Below are positions 26,945 to 39,799 of a stretch of DNA of 64,000 nt, piece by piece. The translations under genes and the position numbers were made by a program. Position 1 is the first letter of the stretch. Each line of letters opens with the position of its first letter. The stretch is taken from the NCBI GenBank assembly GCA_951406725.2, contig OX597825.1, positions 24,552,001-24,616,000 of the forward strand, read 5' to 3'. Source of the stretch: Octopus vulgaris. Its lineage: Eukaryota. The notes under the pieces are model-generated. The model had not been told where the DNA came from and did not search any database. It was given only the letters and a program-made list of their open reading frames with translations.

Positions 26945-27182
26945 ATATCAATCATCATCATCATCAATCATCATCATCATCATCATCATCATTAGTCACC
27001 ATCATCATCATCATCATCATTAATCTGTGTGGTAAGTAACTTGCTTACGAACCACATGGTTCCAGGTTCAGTCACATTGCATAGAACCTTGGGCAAGTGT
27101 CTTCTACTATAGCCTCAGACTGACCAAAGCCTTGTGAGTGGACTTGGTGGATGGAAACTGGAAGAGGCCCGTTGTAAATATG

Positions 27183-27223
<41 letters not shown>

Positions 27224-27339
27224 TTGTGTGTCTGTGTTTGTCTCCCCAACATCGCTTGAGAACCGATGTTGGTGTGATTACGTGTCTGTAATTTAATATA
27301 TACAAATTATTAAAAAAATAATAAAAATATACAGTACAG

Positions 27340-27421
27340 CACTGTTTCTACTTTGCAGATTTTCACCTATTGCAGGGGGTTTTGGAATGTAACACCCCTA
27401 AGTAGTCAAGGAATTATTGTA
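27340..27421 (-). mobile_element. Tigger/pogo-type MITE terminal fragment
   Basis: Minus strand TA|caataattccttgac...gttacattccaaaaccccctgcaataggtgaaaatctgcaaagtag resembles Tigger ends (CAGTA.TCCCTCG). Confidence 0.5.
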
Positions 27422-27458
<37 letters not shown>

Positions 27459-27610
27459 TTCAATTAGAGGTTGTGTTAATGTCATGAATGGATGGTTACA
27501 TCCAAGGAAATACTAATACAAATTGAAACGGCTGTAAGTGAAGATGATTAATTTGCTGTTAATAATAAACAATTATTAACTTCCCAATCTCCATTTACTT
27601 TTTCATCTTT

Positions 27611-27665
<55 letters not shown>

Positions 27666-27795
27666 TATTCTGCCTAAAAAATGGATCTACAGCTTCAATA
27701 TTCGTACATATCTTACATCTATTTTCTTTCCTCCACCTCACTCTCTATTTTGTGTCCTATCTAAACGAACTATTACGTAAGCATCCTCTCATACC

Positions 27796-27847
27796 GTCTC
27801 CGATGAAGGGATATAATTAATAAATATCCTGGAAACAGCTGTAAGAC
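27796..27847 (+). ncRNA. Minimal type-I hammerhead ribozyme in a (TA)n-flanked Penelope-like fragment (~27662-27920)
   Basis: gtct CCGATGA agggatat-loop-atatcct g GAAA cagctg TA agac; palindromic stem III ACAGCTGT; U4C core variant. Confidence 0.75.
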
Positions 27848-28019
27848 CTTATATCTATAAACGTTCCGATATCTACAAAGCCTTGGGTTTTTTTTATCTC
27901 ATTACACAAAAAATTCTTATATATATATAAATAAGGATAATATCGTTAATTTAAAAATAAAATAACGATTTTATCAACTGGTCAGCATGGAAAAAATAAC
28001 CTTCAAAGGTAATAATTAT

Positions 28020-28292
<273 letters not shown>

Positions 28293-28750
28293 TATATATA
28301 TATTTTATATATATAATTTTTATTGGATCACTGTAAGTTTGTCCTTTAATTGGAATTATTTCCAAAGATTTCTAATGTCTTTTCTTCATACTTTTCTTTT
28401 TGATTTACTTATATAAATTCGTATAGGTATGAAAACTTGTATAGAAATAATGAGTATATGGCTTTAACTCATTAAATACAGCTCAACAAATTCATTCATA
28501 TTTCTGTAATAGAGGTGATTAGATTTTAAAATGGATTATAGTTTTTATTTTTCATGTTGCTTTAGAATTTGTTTCATACAAAAAACGACTCAGATATTCA
28601 TAAAAAGAAAATTGTAATCGTCATATTTGTACTCATTAGTCACTGAAATAAAAACTAAAAAAGATGTTAGAAGGACGTAGACTTTCTCTTATTTATCATC
28701 TTAAGATTATTGTATTCATTCTAGCAGTCATGTCTGTTTGAATAAGACTC

Positions 28751-28867
<117 letters not shown>

Positions 28868-28879
28868 ATGTGTGTGTGT

Positions 28880-29218
28880 GAAGGTGCATGGCTCAGTGGT
28901 TAGAGCGTTGAGCTTACGATCGTGAGGTCATGAGCTTGAATCCCGGACCGGGCTGCGTGCTGTGTTCTTGAGCAAGACACTTTATTTCACGTTGGTCCAG
29001 TTCACTCAGCTGTAGAAATGAGTTGCGACATCACAGGTGCCAAGCTGTATCGGCCCCTTTGCCTTTCCCTTGGATAACACTGGTGGCATGGAAAGGGGAG
29101 GCCGGTATGCATGGGCGACTGCTGGTCTTCCATAAACAACCTTGCCCGGACTTGTGCCTGGGAGGGTAACTTTCTAGGTACAATCCCATGGTCAGTGTTG
29201 TGACCAAAGGAGGTCTCA
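28880..29218 (+). mobile_element. tRNA SINE family D, full length, followed by (TA)n(TAGA)n
   Basis: A box, B-box-like gagcttgaatccc, core ttcttgagcaagacactttatttcac. Confidence 0.85.
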
Positions 29219-29235
29219 GATATATATATATATAT

Positions 29236-29306
<71 letters not shown>

Positions 29307-29438
29307 TTTACGGTGTGTGTGATTGTGTATAGAAGAATATATTAGTAAAAGGAATTCCAACCTTGTCTGATTTTCACGTTTTATTTACAATCTTATAATG
29401 ATATAATCACCTCCAATATATATATATATATATATACA

Positions 29439-30097
29439 CCAGGAGAAGTCAAAAATTATCTGCACTTTCACCATAAGATATCTTTATTATTGTCACACTG
29501 CCTTCTGTGCTTGCATGCTTATATTTGGTACTATTGTGGTCACATGATCGAAGTTTGAGCCTTATCACACTTTTTTTTTTCTGGCTTTACATTATGAGTA
29601 TTGCTGCTCCACTACCAATGTGCACCAAAAGAGAACAAAGAGCAGTGATATGAGAATTGGTAATGGTGAACCTGTTCACCATTACCATTTCTCGAGCTTG
29701 CTAAATCTTCTCGTTAGTAGTGGAGGTCAACGGGCATCATGCTCCCTCTTCATGTGTCATGCTTGTCTAGCCACTTTTAAACCCACTCATACTCACTTCT
29801 GTGCAATAGTGCAATGTCCCCATACTGTGCTAAAAGCTTTCAATGAATTTCAGCATCTGACACACCTTCTGACCAGAGAAATTGGATCACTATTCTTTGT
29901 TCTTCTTTGATGCACATTGCTAGTAGAGTGGTCATGCTTATACTGTAAAACCAGAAAGAAAAATGGCACGATCAGGCTCAAACTTGGATCATGTGACCAC
30001 AATAGTACCAACTATAAAAACGCATGTGGAGAAGGCTGTGTGACAATAATAAAGATTTGTTATGGTAAACATGTGAATAATTTTTGACTTCCCCTCG
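29439..30097. mobile_element. mariner-derived non-autonomous element made of two inverted 5' ends
   Basis: Long degenerate TIRs ending ...gacttcccctcg|TA; + arm MSIAAPLPMCTKREQRAVI; - arm EQRIVIQFLWSEGVSDAEIH. Confidence 0.85.
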
Positions 30098-31080
30098 TAT
30101 GAGACAGAGACAGGGAGACAGAGAGAGTGATAGAGAAAGAGAATGTATATCTTTAATCTTTTACTTGTTTCAGTCATTTGACTTTGACCTTGCTGGAGCA
30201 CTATCTTGAACTGTTTTATTGGAACAAATCAACCTCGGGACATTTTTTAAAGCCTAGTGCTTATGCTATCAGTCTCTTTTGCCACTAAGTTAGAAGGACA
30301 TAAACACACCAACACCAGCTGTAGAGCAGTGAGGTGGGGAATAACAGATATAAAGACACTCATCTATATATACATATACATATACATATATACAATGGGC
30401 GTCTTTCCATTTCTAGCTACCAAATCCACTCACAAGGCATTGTTTAGTCCATGCCTATAGAAGAAAATACTTGCCGAAGACAACTCACAGTGGGACTGAA
30501 CCTAAATTCATGTGATTGGGAAGCAAGTTTCTTACCACACATCCACACTTGCATATATATCATCATCACCATCATCACCACCACCACCACCACCACCACC
30601 ACCACCACCACCACCACCACCACCACCACCATCATCATCCTCATCATCCTCATCATCATCATCATCTCCTCGTCATCATCATCATTTAATGTCCATGCTG
30701 GCATGGGTTGGACAGTTTGAAAGGAGCTGGACAGGCAGATGACTGCACCAAACTTTTGTGTCTGTTTTGGCACAGTTTTTACAGCTGGATGCCCTTCCTA
30801 ACACCAACAACCCTGCAGAGTGGTGGACTGAATGCTTATATTTATATATGTATAGTATGTATAGAATATTCGGATCTTTTTCATTTTCTTCCAACCAATG
30901 GAGTTTTCAGATTTCTGACCCAGATATAGTTTTGAATGCTGATGATGAATATCACATTCATTTTTTTGGGGGAAAATTAATGATTAACAGGATAGAAGAA
31001 TTTAAAGTATAACTTTAGATAACTATTTTTAACCAATGAAATTAGTCGTGTCCTCACAAGCAGAAGACAAAACTGCTCAC

Positions 31081-31105
31081 TCCCATGGGAACAACCAGAC
31101 CATCG
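31081..31105 (-). CDS. Candidate 25-nt micro-exon
   Basis: cttcctgtttgcaatttcag| ... |gtgagc; frame unresolved. Confidence 0.25.
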
Positions 31106-31344
31106 CTGAAATTGCAAACAGGAAGGGAATGTTTTCTAAAGAATTTAATGAAAGCAGACTAACAAAAAGAGGGGCTTTTAATAAAAAAAACTTGAATTTA
31201 ATTGAAAGGAAATAATGATGAAATAATATTTTCAACCTGCTGCTAGAAATAACAGCTGACATGAAATGAAAACACGTGGACTGTCAATAAGATAAAACAA
31301 TTATGAAATAAAACAATGTAACAGAATGTTTTGAAATTAATTAA

Positions 31345-32514
31345 ATTGAGATATTCACTGCAGTTTCTTTTGAAACAAGTCTTGTTTTTCATACCTGCGA
31401 CACCGCATAAATTCACAGAGATATGAGTCCATTGTAGAACATTTAGTGTCACAGTGCCATTTATGAGATATGAGTCCATTGTAGAACATTTAGTGTCACA
31501 GTGCCATTTTATGAGATATGAGTCCATTGTAGAACATTTAGTGCCACGGTGTCATTTATGAGATATGAGTCCATTGTAGAAAATTTAGTGCCACAGTGTC
31601 ATTTATGAGATATGAGTCCATTGTAGAACATTTAGTGCCACAGTGCCATTTATGAAATATGAGTCCATTATAGAACATTTAGTGCCACAGTGCCATTCAT
31701 GAGATATGAGTCCATTGTAGAACATTTAGTGTCACAGTGCCATTTATGAGATATGAGTCCATTGTAGAACATTTAGTGCCACAGTGCCATTTTATGAGAT
31801 ATGAGTGCATTATAGAACATTTAGTGCCACGGTGTCATTTATGAGCTATGAGTCCATTGTAGAACATTTAGTGTCACAGTGCCATTTATGAGATATGAGT
31901 CCATTGTAGAACATTTAGTGCCACGGTGTCATTTATGAGATATCAGTCCATTGTAGAACATTTAGTGCCACGGTGTCATTTATGAGATATCAGTCCATTG
32001 TAGAACATTTAGTTCTACAGTGCCATTCATGAGATATCAGTCCATTGTAGAACATTTAGTGCCACAGTGCCATTTTTTCCCTTGCTTAAGACTGACCCAA
32101 GTGTACTCTACTTGTTGAGTACAAGTCCTGTCTTGCCAGATTACAAACTGAACTTTGTAGATCAACAGTCTGAGGTGAAATTGGTATCCTGATATCTCAG
32201 GAATATGCAGTGTAAACAGTTGCTCCTGGTGGAATTGGTTGATGAATGCATTCTTTGAGTGTATTATGATCTTGAGACAGTATGGCAAAAAGAAAATCAT
32301 TTGCACAGACTTACTGTAAATAACTTTTGTAATCTATTACTGCACCATTCCCTAGTTCTTTACAAAACTTGTTTGTCTTTAACTCTTTGAGCCAGCAGTA
32401 GATAAATAAAGTTACACTTCTAAGTGGAAGGGTTCCTTCTTCTAACCACATTCTTCTTCTAACAGACAGTCTCTCAGCATTGTCTCCTACTAGATTCCTA
32501 GTATGTGCAGTCAT
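31345..32514 (-). mobile_element. Merlin (IS1595/ISXO2-like) transposase remnant
   Basis: LSVRRRMWLEEGTLPLRSVTLFIYCWLKEL..VIDYKSYLQ*VCA; PIPPGATVYT; TQQVEYTWVSLK; DSYLCEFMRCRRY. Confidence 0.75.
31417..32073. repeat. 47-bp minisatellite, ~14 copies
   Basis: Unit gagatatgagtccattgtagaacatttagtgccacagtgccatttat. Confidence 0.95.
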
Positions 32515-32911
32515 AAAATTAATTAACTAAACAGAGTTGCCAATGACAACAAACAGTTTTGACTTCTGCTTCGAGAACAGTGGCTTAAAATTTATTGGCT
32601 AGAAATACATAACTTTAAATGTTTCTAACTTCTTTATCATAAATTTTCCAAAGTAATAACTGATATTTGTTATCAGTATGAAAAACTATATCAGAAGCAC
32701 ATTTTTCGAAAATTTTCAAATTAGATATGTGATTAGAAGAAAATGAAAAAGATTTGAATATTTTCTGTAGATTTAGATTGGCTTAAAATTTTTTAACCCA
32801 CATAAATCTTGCATCTGTAATAGCTACAATAACAGAAATTCTTCATTCTATAGAAAATGGACATTAAATGATGATGATGAGGAGGAGGAGGAGGAGGAGG
32901 AGGAGGATGAC

Positions 32912-32946
<35 letters not shown>

Positions 32947-33003
32947 GGATGATGATGATGGTGATGATGGTGGTGATGATGATGGTGATGATGGTGATGA
33001 TGG

Positions 33004-33104
<101 letters not shown>

Positions 33105-34043
33105 GTGATGATGGTGATGATGATGATGATGGTGATGATGGTGATGATGGTGATGATGACGACGACGACAATGATAACGATGATGAAGATGATGATGCAG
33201 TCTGTTTCATCGATCTAGACATCTGTTGATGATCTTTGTGTTGTGCCCATTTTTCCTTTAATTTTGAGTCTGGGGATAAAAGCAGTTCCCATGACTCTTT
33301 GCAGAACTCCTGAGACTGGTGATTGGAGGGAGAAAGTATCCTCATACTGGAAACCTGAGCCAAATTCATGCAATGGAATGGACTTTACTGTATGTATCCA
33401 AGGTGCCACATGGTCCAGTCCTTGCTGCAGTGTGCTTCCTTGTGTACTTCAAATGATCCTGAGAGTTATGCCAGTAGAGTGACAAATGAAAGGATAGAGG
33501 TCAGCTAATACAGACCACCTCCTCCCAGAGGTAAAAATGGGTTTGTGTAGGGCCAAGAATCTTACCTTGAAAAAAGCAAAGTTACAGAAGCTTTGATGAC
33601 AATTCAAGATTCAAGATCTGGGACATGAAGGCCTTAACTTCCACAATTCTCAGGAATATCTAAGACCAGCCAGAGTTGCTGAAAGTGAAAGATAAGTCAT
33701 CGATGGACAATGCCCCATAAGGAGCAAAGAGCTCAAAGAAGGGACCTGAGGTGTCAGATGACAGTTTTAAACCAAGTAAATTTTACAACTCAAATGGTGG
33801 TATTTGAACTCACAATGCAAAGAGCTGGAATAAATAGTGCAAAAGCATCAGTTCTGATAATATCCTGCTCTGGATTTGTACTTCAAAGGTTGGCCTCTGA
33901 AGGATAAAAGGTGAAGTTGACATCAGAGAGGTTTGAACTCACATTGCAGAGAGCTGGAAAGAAAATACTTTCAAACCATCATTATCATCATCGTCGTCGT
34001 CATCATCATCATCATCTTCATCACCACCACCACCACCACCGCC

Positions 34044-34077
<34 letters not shown>

Positions 34078-34591
34078 TCATCATCACCATCACCACCACC
34101 ACCACCACCATCACCATCACCACCACCAACACCATCATTATCATCCTCATCATCATCATCACCATCATCATCATCACCATCATCATCATCACCTTCATTA
34201 TCATCAACATCATCATTTTTTAACATCGATTTTTTTCCATGCTTGTACTACAAAGTTGTAAAGTGATCAGTCGTCTATTTTTGGGATATAATCTACTTTT
34301 TTCTACTTGTGCGGTTCATTACTGTTTAAGTGGGAATCTGGCAGAGATGACATTTTAGCTATTCCTGCTTTAGCTGTAGCAGGAACACAGCCACGACAGG
34401 GTTAAAACACAAAAGAAACTTCAAATACTTCTATAAGCTATGTATAGTGATGGTGACAGTTCCATTTGCATTCACTTTGGCCCACATAACATAAAAACAT
34501 CTCCAATCTGGACCATCTCCAAAAAAGGTTTGCTGACCTTGGGATTAGAACATATTCCTGGCAACACACTCGTGACCTCATCATCATCATC

Positions 34592-34955
34592 GTCTAACGT
34601 CCGTTTTCTGTGCTAGCACGGGTTGGACGGTTCGACCGGGGTCTGGGAAGCCAGGGGCTGCTCCAGGCTCCAGTCTGATCTGGCAGAGTTTCTACGGCTG
34701 GATGCCCTTCCTAACGCCAACCACTCCAAGAGTGTAGTGGGTGCTTTTTACGTGCCACCTGCACAGGTGCCGGGGGGGGGGGTCCGGCATCGGCCAGGAT
34801 CGGTTGGAGCTTTTAACGTGCCGGCGGCACGGAAGCCAGCCAAGGCGGCGCTGGCAATGGCCACGTTCGGATGGTGCTTTTTATGTGCCACCGGCACAGA
34901 AGCCAGTCAGGGCGGCGCTGGCATCGGCCACGTTTGGATGGAGCTTTTTATGTGA
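34592..34955 (-). mobile_element. RTE 3'UTR-type repeat (family C), CpG-rich and probably young
   Basis: Reverse complement of the family C sequence, with many intact CpGs. Confidence 0.8.
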
Positions 34956-35876
34956 CCTACATTACATATAAGCTATGAGAGCAGGGGTTAGTCTGAATCA
35001 ACCCATTTAGTTGACTATTTTGCCATAATCCTATCTCAGCATAGAATCAGTTCATGTTTCCTAAGAATTAGTGACACATTCATTGCTGTGTTCACCTCCA
35101 CATGATAATACCAAGATCAATAGAAAGATTCTGACACATCTATTATATTATTTCTAGTATTTATGCTATGTGAGCAGATATTATTGTCCACATGTTGCAT
35201 AGAATATCTTATTGTATATGCATTTGACCTGGCTAACCACATAAATATGCTATAATTTATTTATAATCTTTGATCACTATCTTTAACCATTACTGTTAAC
35301 TGCTTATACTTATATGAATTCGTAGCAAATAAAACAGATTTTGATCCTTCAGCTACAAAATAATTATAGTCCCCTAGCTGCCTTTTGGTTTATTTTTATG
35401 AATACTTTCCCTAAACAATTTTTTTCAAAATATAGTAGTAATCACCAACAGTATTCCTTATCTATTCAAGGCCTGAAATTTTGGGGGAAGGGGCCAGTTG
35501 ATTAGATCGACCCCAATATGCAACTGGTACTTAATTTATCGACCCCGCAAGGATAAAAGTCAAAGTCGACCTTGGCGGGATTTGAACTCAGAACATAAAG
35601 ACAAACGAAATACTGCTAAGTATTTTGTCCAGCGTGCTAACATTTCTGTCAGTTCACCACCTTTCATCAATAGTATTCCACTGATTATTGAGAAGTTGTT
35701 AAGCATCAAATTTCTTTATTGGACATCAATATCATTCCCCTGTGGTAAGAGGAAACAATGGCCTAAGGTTGATGACTAAAAACAGATGGCCTACTTCTTT
35801 GGAAAAAAAACTGATACATTGACCAAATTCCTTCCTTTTTTCTTTACAGCTTTTTCTGTGACAGTTGGTTTGTTTT

Positions 35877-35987
35877 GGCTCTGACGAAGATAGGTTTGGA
35901 GCAGTGGTTCCCTATATTTTCAGTTTATCAGTTTATAAGATTGAACCATAAACAAATCTTAACACATATCTGAAACAGCTGTAAGCC
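35877..35987 (+). ncRNA. Type-I hammerhead ribozyme with long loop II
   Basis: ggct CTGACGA agata-(74 nt)-tatct GAAA cagctg TA agcc; core and all three stems intact. Confidence 0.8.
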
Positions 35988-36287
35988 TATAAATAAGTAA
36001 ATAAATAAATAAATGTATATAACCCATTACTTCTGTTTTATATGTATGTATGTATGTATATATATATATCTATATATATCTATATATATATATAGAGAGA
36101 GAGAGAGAGATATATAGATATGGATATATATAACTCACACAAATACATGAATATATATTTATATACACACATGCATTTAAATAGATAGATAATACAGATA
36201 TATATATATGTATATATATATATATACATATATATATGTGTATATATGAATATATATGTGTGTATATATAAATGTATATGCATATTT

Positions 36288-36341
<54 letters not shown>

Positions 36342-36422
36342 TTTCATTTAGAGATAGTGGACCCCTTCATCTCACCATATAAAAAAGAATTTTTATTTTA
36401 AATACCTACTATTTTATAACTT

Positions 36423-36517
36423 GGCTACACATGTTTCATGAAGTACATTTACTGGTTCCTAAACCACTCTGTGTTTTGCTGGAACCCTTCTTAAAATGTA
36501 ACCCCAATCATCAGGCC
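36423..36517 (-). ncRNA. Type-I hammerhead ribozyme with extended stem II
   Basis: Minus strand ggc CTGATGA ttggggttacattt..ggttcc..ggaacc..aaatgtacttcat GAAA catgtg TA gcc. Confidence 0.7.
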
Positions 36518-36864
36518 CTTACATCACTTTATCATCGTTCAATACTATAAACTATATTTTAATTTTTTTAAACCCATAAGTATGTGTAAAAATAGGTAAG
36601 TGTAAATTAGGTTCGCTGGACCCTACAATACAAGTCATAATTCAGATAAAAATTCAAATAAAAATTGCAAAAATAAAAATTAAAAAAATAAAATAAGAAA
36701 TAAAAATGCGAAAAAAATTTACAAAATCTATGTTAGTAATATATAGGGTTAAAAATAAAATATATACTTGTGATAATATAAAATGATATAAAATGAAAAG
36801 AGTGGCAAAAAAAATGAAAGGAATAGCAAGAAAAATATATACGAATAAAAATAAAGGAATGGCA

Positions 36865-36914
<50 letters not shown>

Positions 36915-37806
36915 CTCACACAAATACATGAATATATATTTATATACACACATAAATACATGAATACACACACATACATATAGATAAATACAGATATATA
37001 TATATATATATATGTGTGTGTGTAGATATATATGCATATATATACATATATATACATATATATATTATACACACACATATATATATACACATACATATAT
37101 ACATACATATATAAATTGTGTGTGTGCTTGTATGCATGTGTGCATGTGTGTGTATGTGTGTGTGTATATATAGGCAATAGAATCATTTATTACTCCAGAG
37201 ATATGGGTATTTTCTTATCTCGCTCCATATTTTCACACCCAAAACTCTTTTCCTCTGCAGCCAGTCTTGTATAATTTCAGAATCATATTTAAATCATAAT
37301 AAAAGTGTTTCATACTTTGGACCCATTACCATTTTTATATTAGTCGAAAGAAGATAAAAAAAAATATTTCCTATCTTTCAAGTTATTTGCCGTATAATAT
37401 ATCTTTTGTCCTGCAAGTATTTCGATGTAAACATTGCAGAAGTGAGTTAAATGATGATTAATAAATGGAATAAAGGCTGAAGAGAATGGTAAATGTGAGA
37501 GATTATCTCACTTAATCTTATCTTTAGTTCTTTAGTTGGTTGAATCTATTCATTCAAAGATTAATTTTTTTTCTTTGTTCTTGCATTGAGGGTATTCCAT
37601 TTTAATATATATGTTTTTTGTTTTGTTGTGGTTGTTATTGCGTTGGCGGTGTCGTCGGCAGCGGCGGCGGTGGAGGTGGTGGTGGTGGTGGTGGTGGTGG
37701 TGGTGGTTGTGGTGGTGGGTTTTGGTAGTGGGTGGTAGTGGCAGATTTTGTCTTATTTTTGCCTCAGATGAAATTCATAAAAGTATATGTTGGCCAAGAT
37801 ACACAC

Positions 37807-37920
37807 ACGGCCATATCACTTTGAAAACAATGGTTCCCGTCCGATCACCTAAGTTAAGCAAAGTCGAGCCTAGTTAGTACTTAGATGGGTGACCGCTTGG
37901 GAAATCTAGGTGTTGTAAAC
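37807..37920 (+). pseudogene. 5S: 5S rRNA copy (first ~4 nt missing, no oligo-T terminator)
   Basis: acggccatatcac...ccgatcacctaagttaagc...agttagtacttagatgggtgaccgcttgggaa matches invertebrate 5S; helices actttg/caaagt and cctag/ctagg pair. Confidence 0.9.
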
Positions 37921-37924
37921 GTAA

Positions 37925-38340
37925 ATGGTGGCGAGTTGGCAGAAATGTTAGCACGTCAGGTGAAATGCTTAGCAGTATTTCGTCTGCCGTTACGTTCTGG
38001 GTTCAAATTCCGCCGAAGTCGACTTTGCCTTTCATCCTTTCGGGGTCTATTAAATAAGTACCAGTTATGCACTGGAGTCGATATAATCGACTTAATCTGT
38101 TTGCCTGTCCTTGTTTGTCCTCTCTGTGCTTAGACCCTTGTGGGTAGTAAAGAAATAGGTATTTCATCTGCTGTTAAGTTCTGAGTTCAAATTCCGCCAA
38201 GGTCGACTTTGCCTTTCATCCTTTTGGAGTCAATTAAATAAGTACCAGTTACGCGCTGGGGTCGAAGTAATCGACTTAATCCCTTTGTCTGTCCTTGTTT
38301 GTCCCCTCTATGTTTAGCCCCTTGAGAACAATAAAGAATT
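37925..38340 (+). mobile_element. SINE family B dimer
   Basis: Two monomers joined at aaagaaata|ggtattt. Confidence 0.9.
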
Positions 38341-38448
38341 AAGATACACACACACACACAGAGGCATATACATGGCTGTAAAGTAAGCTTCTTCACTGAC
38401 CAATGCAAATATAGAAAAGTGAAAATTTCACCATCATTATCATCATCC

Positions 38449-38485
<37 letters not shown>

Positions 38486-38894
38486 ATGTATTAAGATGGA
38501 TTTGTTGGAATAAGATGTCCTATTTATTAACAGTGTTAAGTGTCGCCATGAGTGAATAACTTTCCATGGTGAAAGTTCCATTGTTTCACAAAAATCAGTA
38601 CATTTTTCATGGCATTTTGTTTTATAGTATCGGTGTCTTTAGTTACGTCTAATATATTCATTTCAGCCTCCGTAAATCTTTTTCGAAATGCTCTAAATAA
38701 TTTCCCATATTCTGCAAGATTACAATAAAACGCAAGCAAACACAACTGTCTTCGTAGCAGTTTAGTGAAGTGGTGTAGAAACACAGCCATCTTCAATTGT
38801 CTAATACAATCTTCTATTCATCCTTCGATAAATCCGTTTTTATTGCTGTTTTGTCAACTTCAGTGTTTAGTGTGTCTTCAAATCATGATTCTCC

Positions 38895-39155
38895 AGGAAT
38901 CCTATCCACCCTGTCTCTTCACCACTTTTCTTGGTCATGTGCAGTCCTATGTATAGTCAGTAAAATTGAGGTCTGTCCACTCTTTGATGTGTCAAGCCCA
39001 TCTTTTCCTTGGCCTGTCTACCTTGGCTTTTGTCTACCTTCCACTGTGAAATTCAGGATTGTTTTTTTTTAGGATGGAGCCTCTTGTGACATGGCCATAC
39101 CTTTTCAGTTCCCTTGTCTTTACAATTGGCAGCAGATTCTTGTGTGGTTCAATCA
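38895..39155 (-). mobile_element. RTE-like LINE C-terminal remnant
   Basis: IEPHKNLLPIVKTRELKRYGHVTR..TILNFTVEGR..GRPRKRWA*HIKEWTDL. Confidence 0.8.
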
Positions 39156-39157
39156 TC

Positions 39158-39204
<47 letters not shown>

Positions 39205-39289
39205 AATCATCATCATCATCATCATCATCACAATCATCATCATCACCATCATCATAATCATCATCCTCATCATCATCGTCATCATCATC

Positions 39290-39450
<161 letters not shown>

Positions 39451-39476
39451 CCTCATCATCATCATCATCCTCCTCC

Positions 39477-39525
<49 letters not shown>

Positions 39526-39799
39526 TTAATGTCCCCCCCTTCATGCTGGCATGGGTTAGACGGTTTAACTGAAGCTGATAAGCCAGAGGGCTGCAACATG
39601 TTCCTGTCTGATTTGGCATGGTTTCTACGGCTGGATGCTCTTCCTTAACACCAAAAGCCAGAGTTATTCTCATCCTCGCTTCATTATTCTTTATTGAATT
39701 ATATTCCAGGAAATCAGATCAATCTCCTGTAATATGATACAAAAAGAAAAGATCTTTGATAAGAATACTCCTGATCTTTTGTGGAAACAAACCACCAGC

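Noticed and set aside
28575-28642. Minus-strand exon after a strong acceptor (tttttatttcag)
   Set aside because: Stops occur in all three frames before a usable donor
31417-32073. CRISPR-like regular array
   Set aside because: There are no unique spacers, the DNA is eukaryotic, and the unit derives from transposase sequence
38536-38796. Crypton-like N-terminal fragment (RFTEAEMNILD..)
   Set aside because: The resemblance is too weak to support without a search
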